Source: Nemertoderma westbladi (Eukaryota > Animalia > Xenacoelomorpha). Taken from it: a DNA stretch of 64,000 nt. The stretch spans positions 6,384 through 70,383 of the forward strand of contig JAUCBJ010003100.1 of the NCBI GenBank assembly GCA_032718475.1, given 5' to 3'. Position 1 is the first letter of the stretch. Each line of letters starts with the position of its first letter. Positions 63,301-64,000 of this stretch are shown piece after piece. The position numbers were made by a program, and so were the translations under genes. The notes beneath the pieces are model-generated. The model had not been told where the DNA came from, made no database searches, and worked only from the letters and a program-made list of their open reading frames with translations.

Positions 63301-64000
63301 GGTTATCTTCTACCTGGGTCGAAGTTATCTGTCTAAGTGTTTTCACAATGGATGGACCTACTTTACTGTAGATACGTAGGTTATCTTCTACCTGGGTCGA
63401 AGTTATCTGTCTAAGTGTTTTCACAATGGATGGACCTACTGTACTGTAGATACGTAGGGTATCTTCTACCCGGTCGAAGTTATCTGTCTAAGTGTTTTCA
63501 CAATGGATGGACCTACTTTACTGTAGATACGTAGGTTATCTTCTACCTGGGTCGAAGTTATCTGTCTAAGTGTTTTCACAATGGATGGACCTACTTTACT
63601 GTAGATACGTAGGTTATCTTCTACCTGGGTCGAAGTTATCTGTCTAAGTGTTTTCACAATGGATGGACCTACTGTACTGTAGATACGTAGGTTATCTTCT
63701 ACCTGGGTCGAAGTTATCTGTCTAAGTGTTTTCACAATGGATGGACCTACTGTACTGTAGATACGTAGGTTATCTTCTACCTGGGTCGAAGTTATCTGTC
63801 TAAGTGTTTTCACAATGGATGGACCTACTGTACTGTAGATACGTAGGGTATCTTCTACCCGGGTCGAAGTTATCTGTCTAAGTGTTTTCACAATGGATGG
63901 ACCTACTGTACTGTAGATACGTAGGTTATCGTCTACCTGGGTTGAAGTTATCTGTCAAGTGTTTGCACAATGGATGGACCTACTTTACTGTAGATACGTA
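51380..64000. repeat. 78-bp satellite array (~160 monomers, continues past the window end)
   Basis: GTTATCTTCTACCTGGGTTGAAGTTATCTGTCTAAGTGTTTGCCCAATGGATGGACCTACTGTACTGTAGATACGTAG with a few recurrent variants. Confidence 0.98.

Noticed and set aside
51480-63891. Very long minus-strand ORFs (up to 1311 aa) of 26-aa repeats
   Set aside because: By-product of a 78-bp (3n) monomer with one stop-free frame; TTG-type starts, frequent frameshifting indels, no unique termini.

Overview
Repeat-rich, AT-rich metazoan (probably invertebrate bilaterian) DNA that is mostly nested transposons and satellites. 1-15.4 kb: a Copia (GalEa-like) fragment is hit by a decayed BEL/Pao element, which is itself hit by a composite RTE-like LINE. 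Two copies of an unclassified repeat follow, one carrying a 5'-truncated CRE-clade LINE. 16.2-27.4 kb: a head-to-tail Helitron dimer with 146-bp internal repeats that each carry a CTCF-like motif. Its first unit holds an IS3EU-like foldback element, which holds an intact, very young CsRN1-clade Gypsy element with a textbook -1 frameshift signal. 28-29 kb: an intronless ORF whose N-terminus resembles Scm3/HJURP. 31-38 kb: five co-oriented DINE-1/Helentron-type elements with ~150-bp-spaced RFX X-box motifs. 40-51 kb: two CUB-domain exons cut off by a back-to-back library adapter (assembly artefact), minisatellites, and a two-exon Shisa/WBP1-like PPxY membrane-protein gene. 51.4-64 kb: a 78-bp satellite with a 20-mer higher-order duplication. 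All family assignments come from motif recognition by eye, not database searches.
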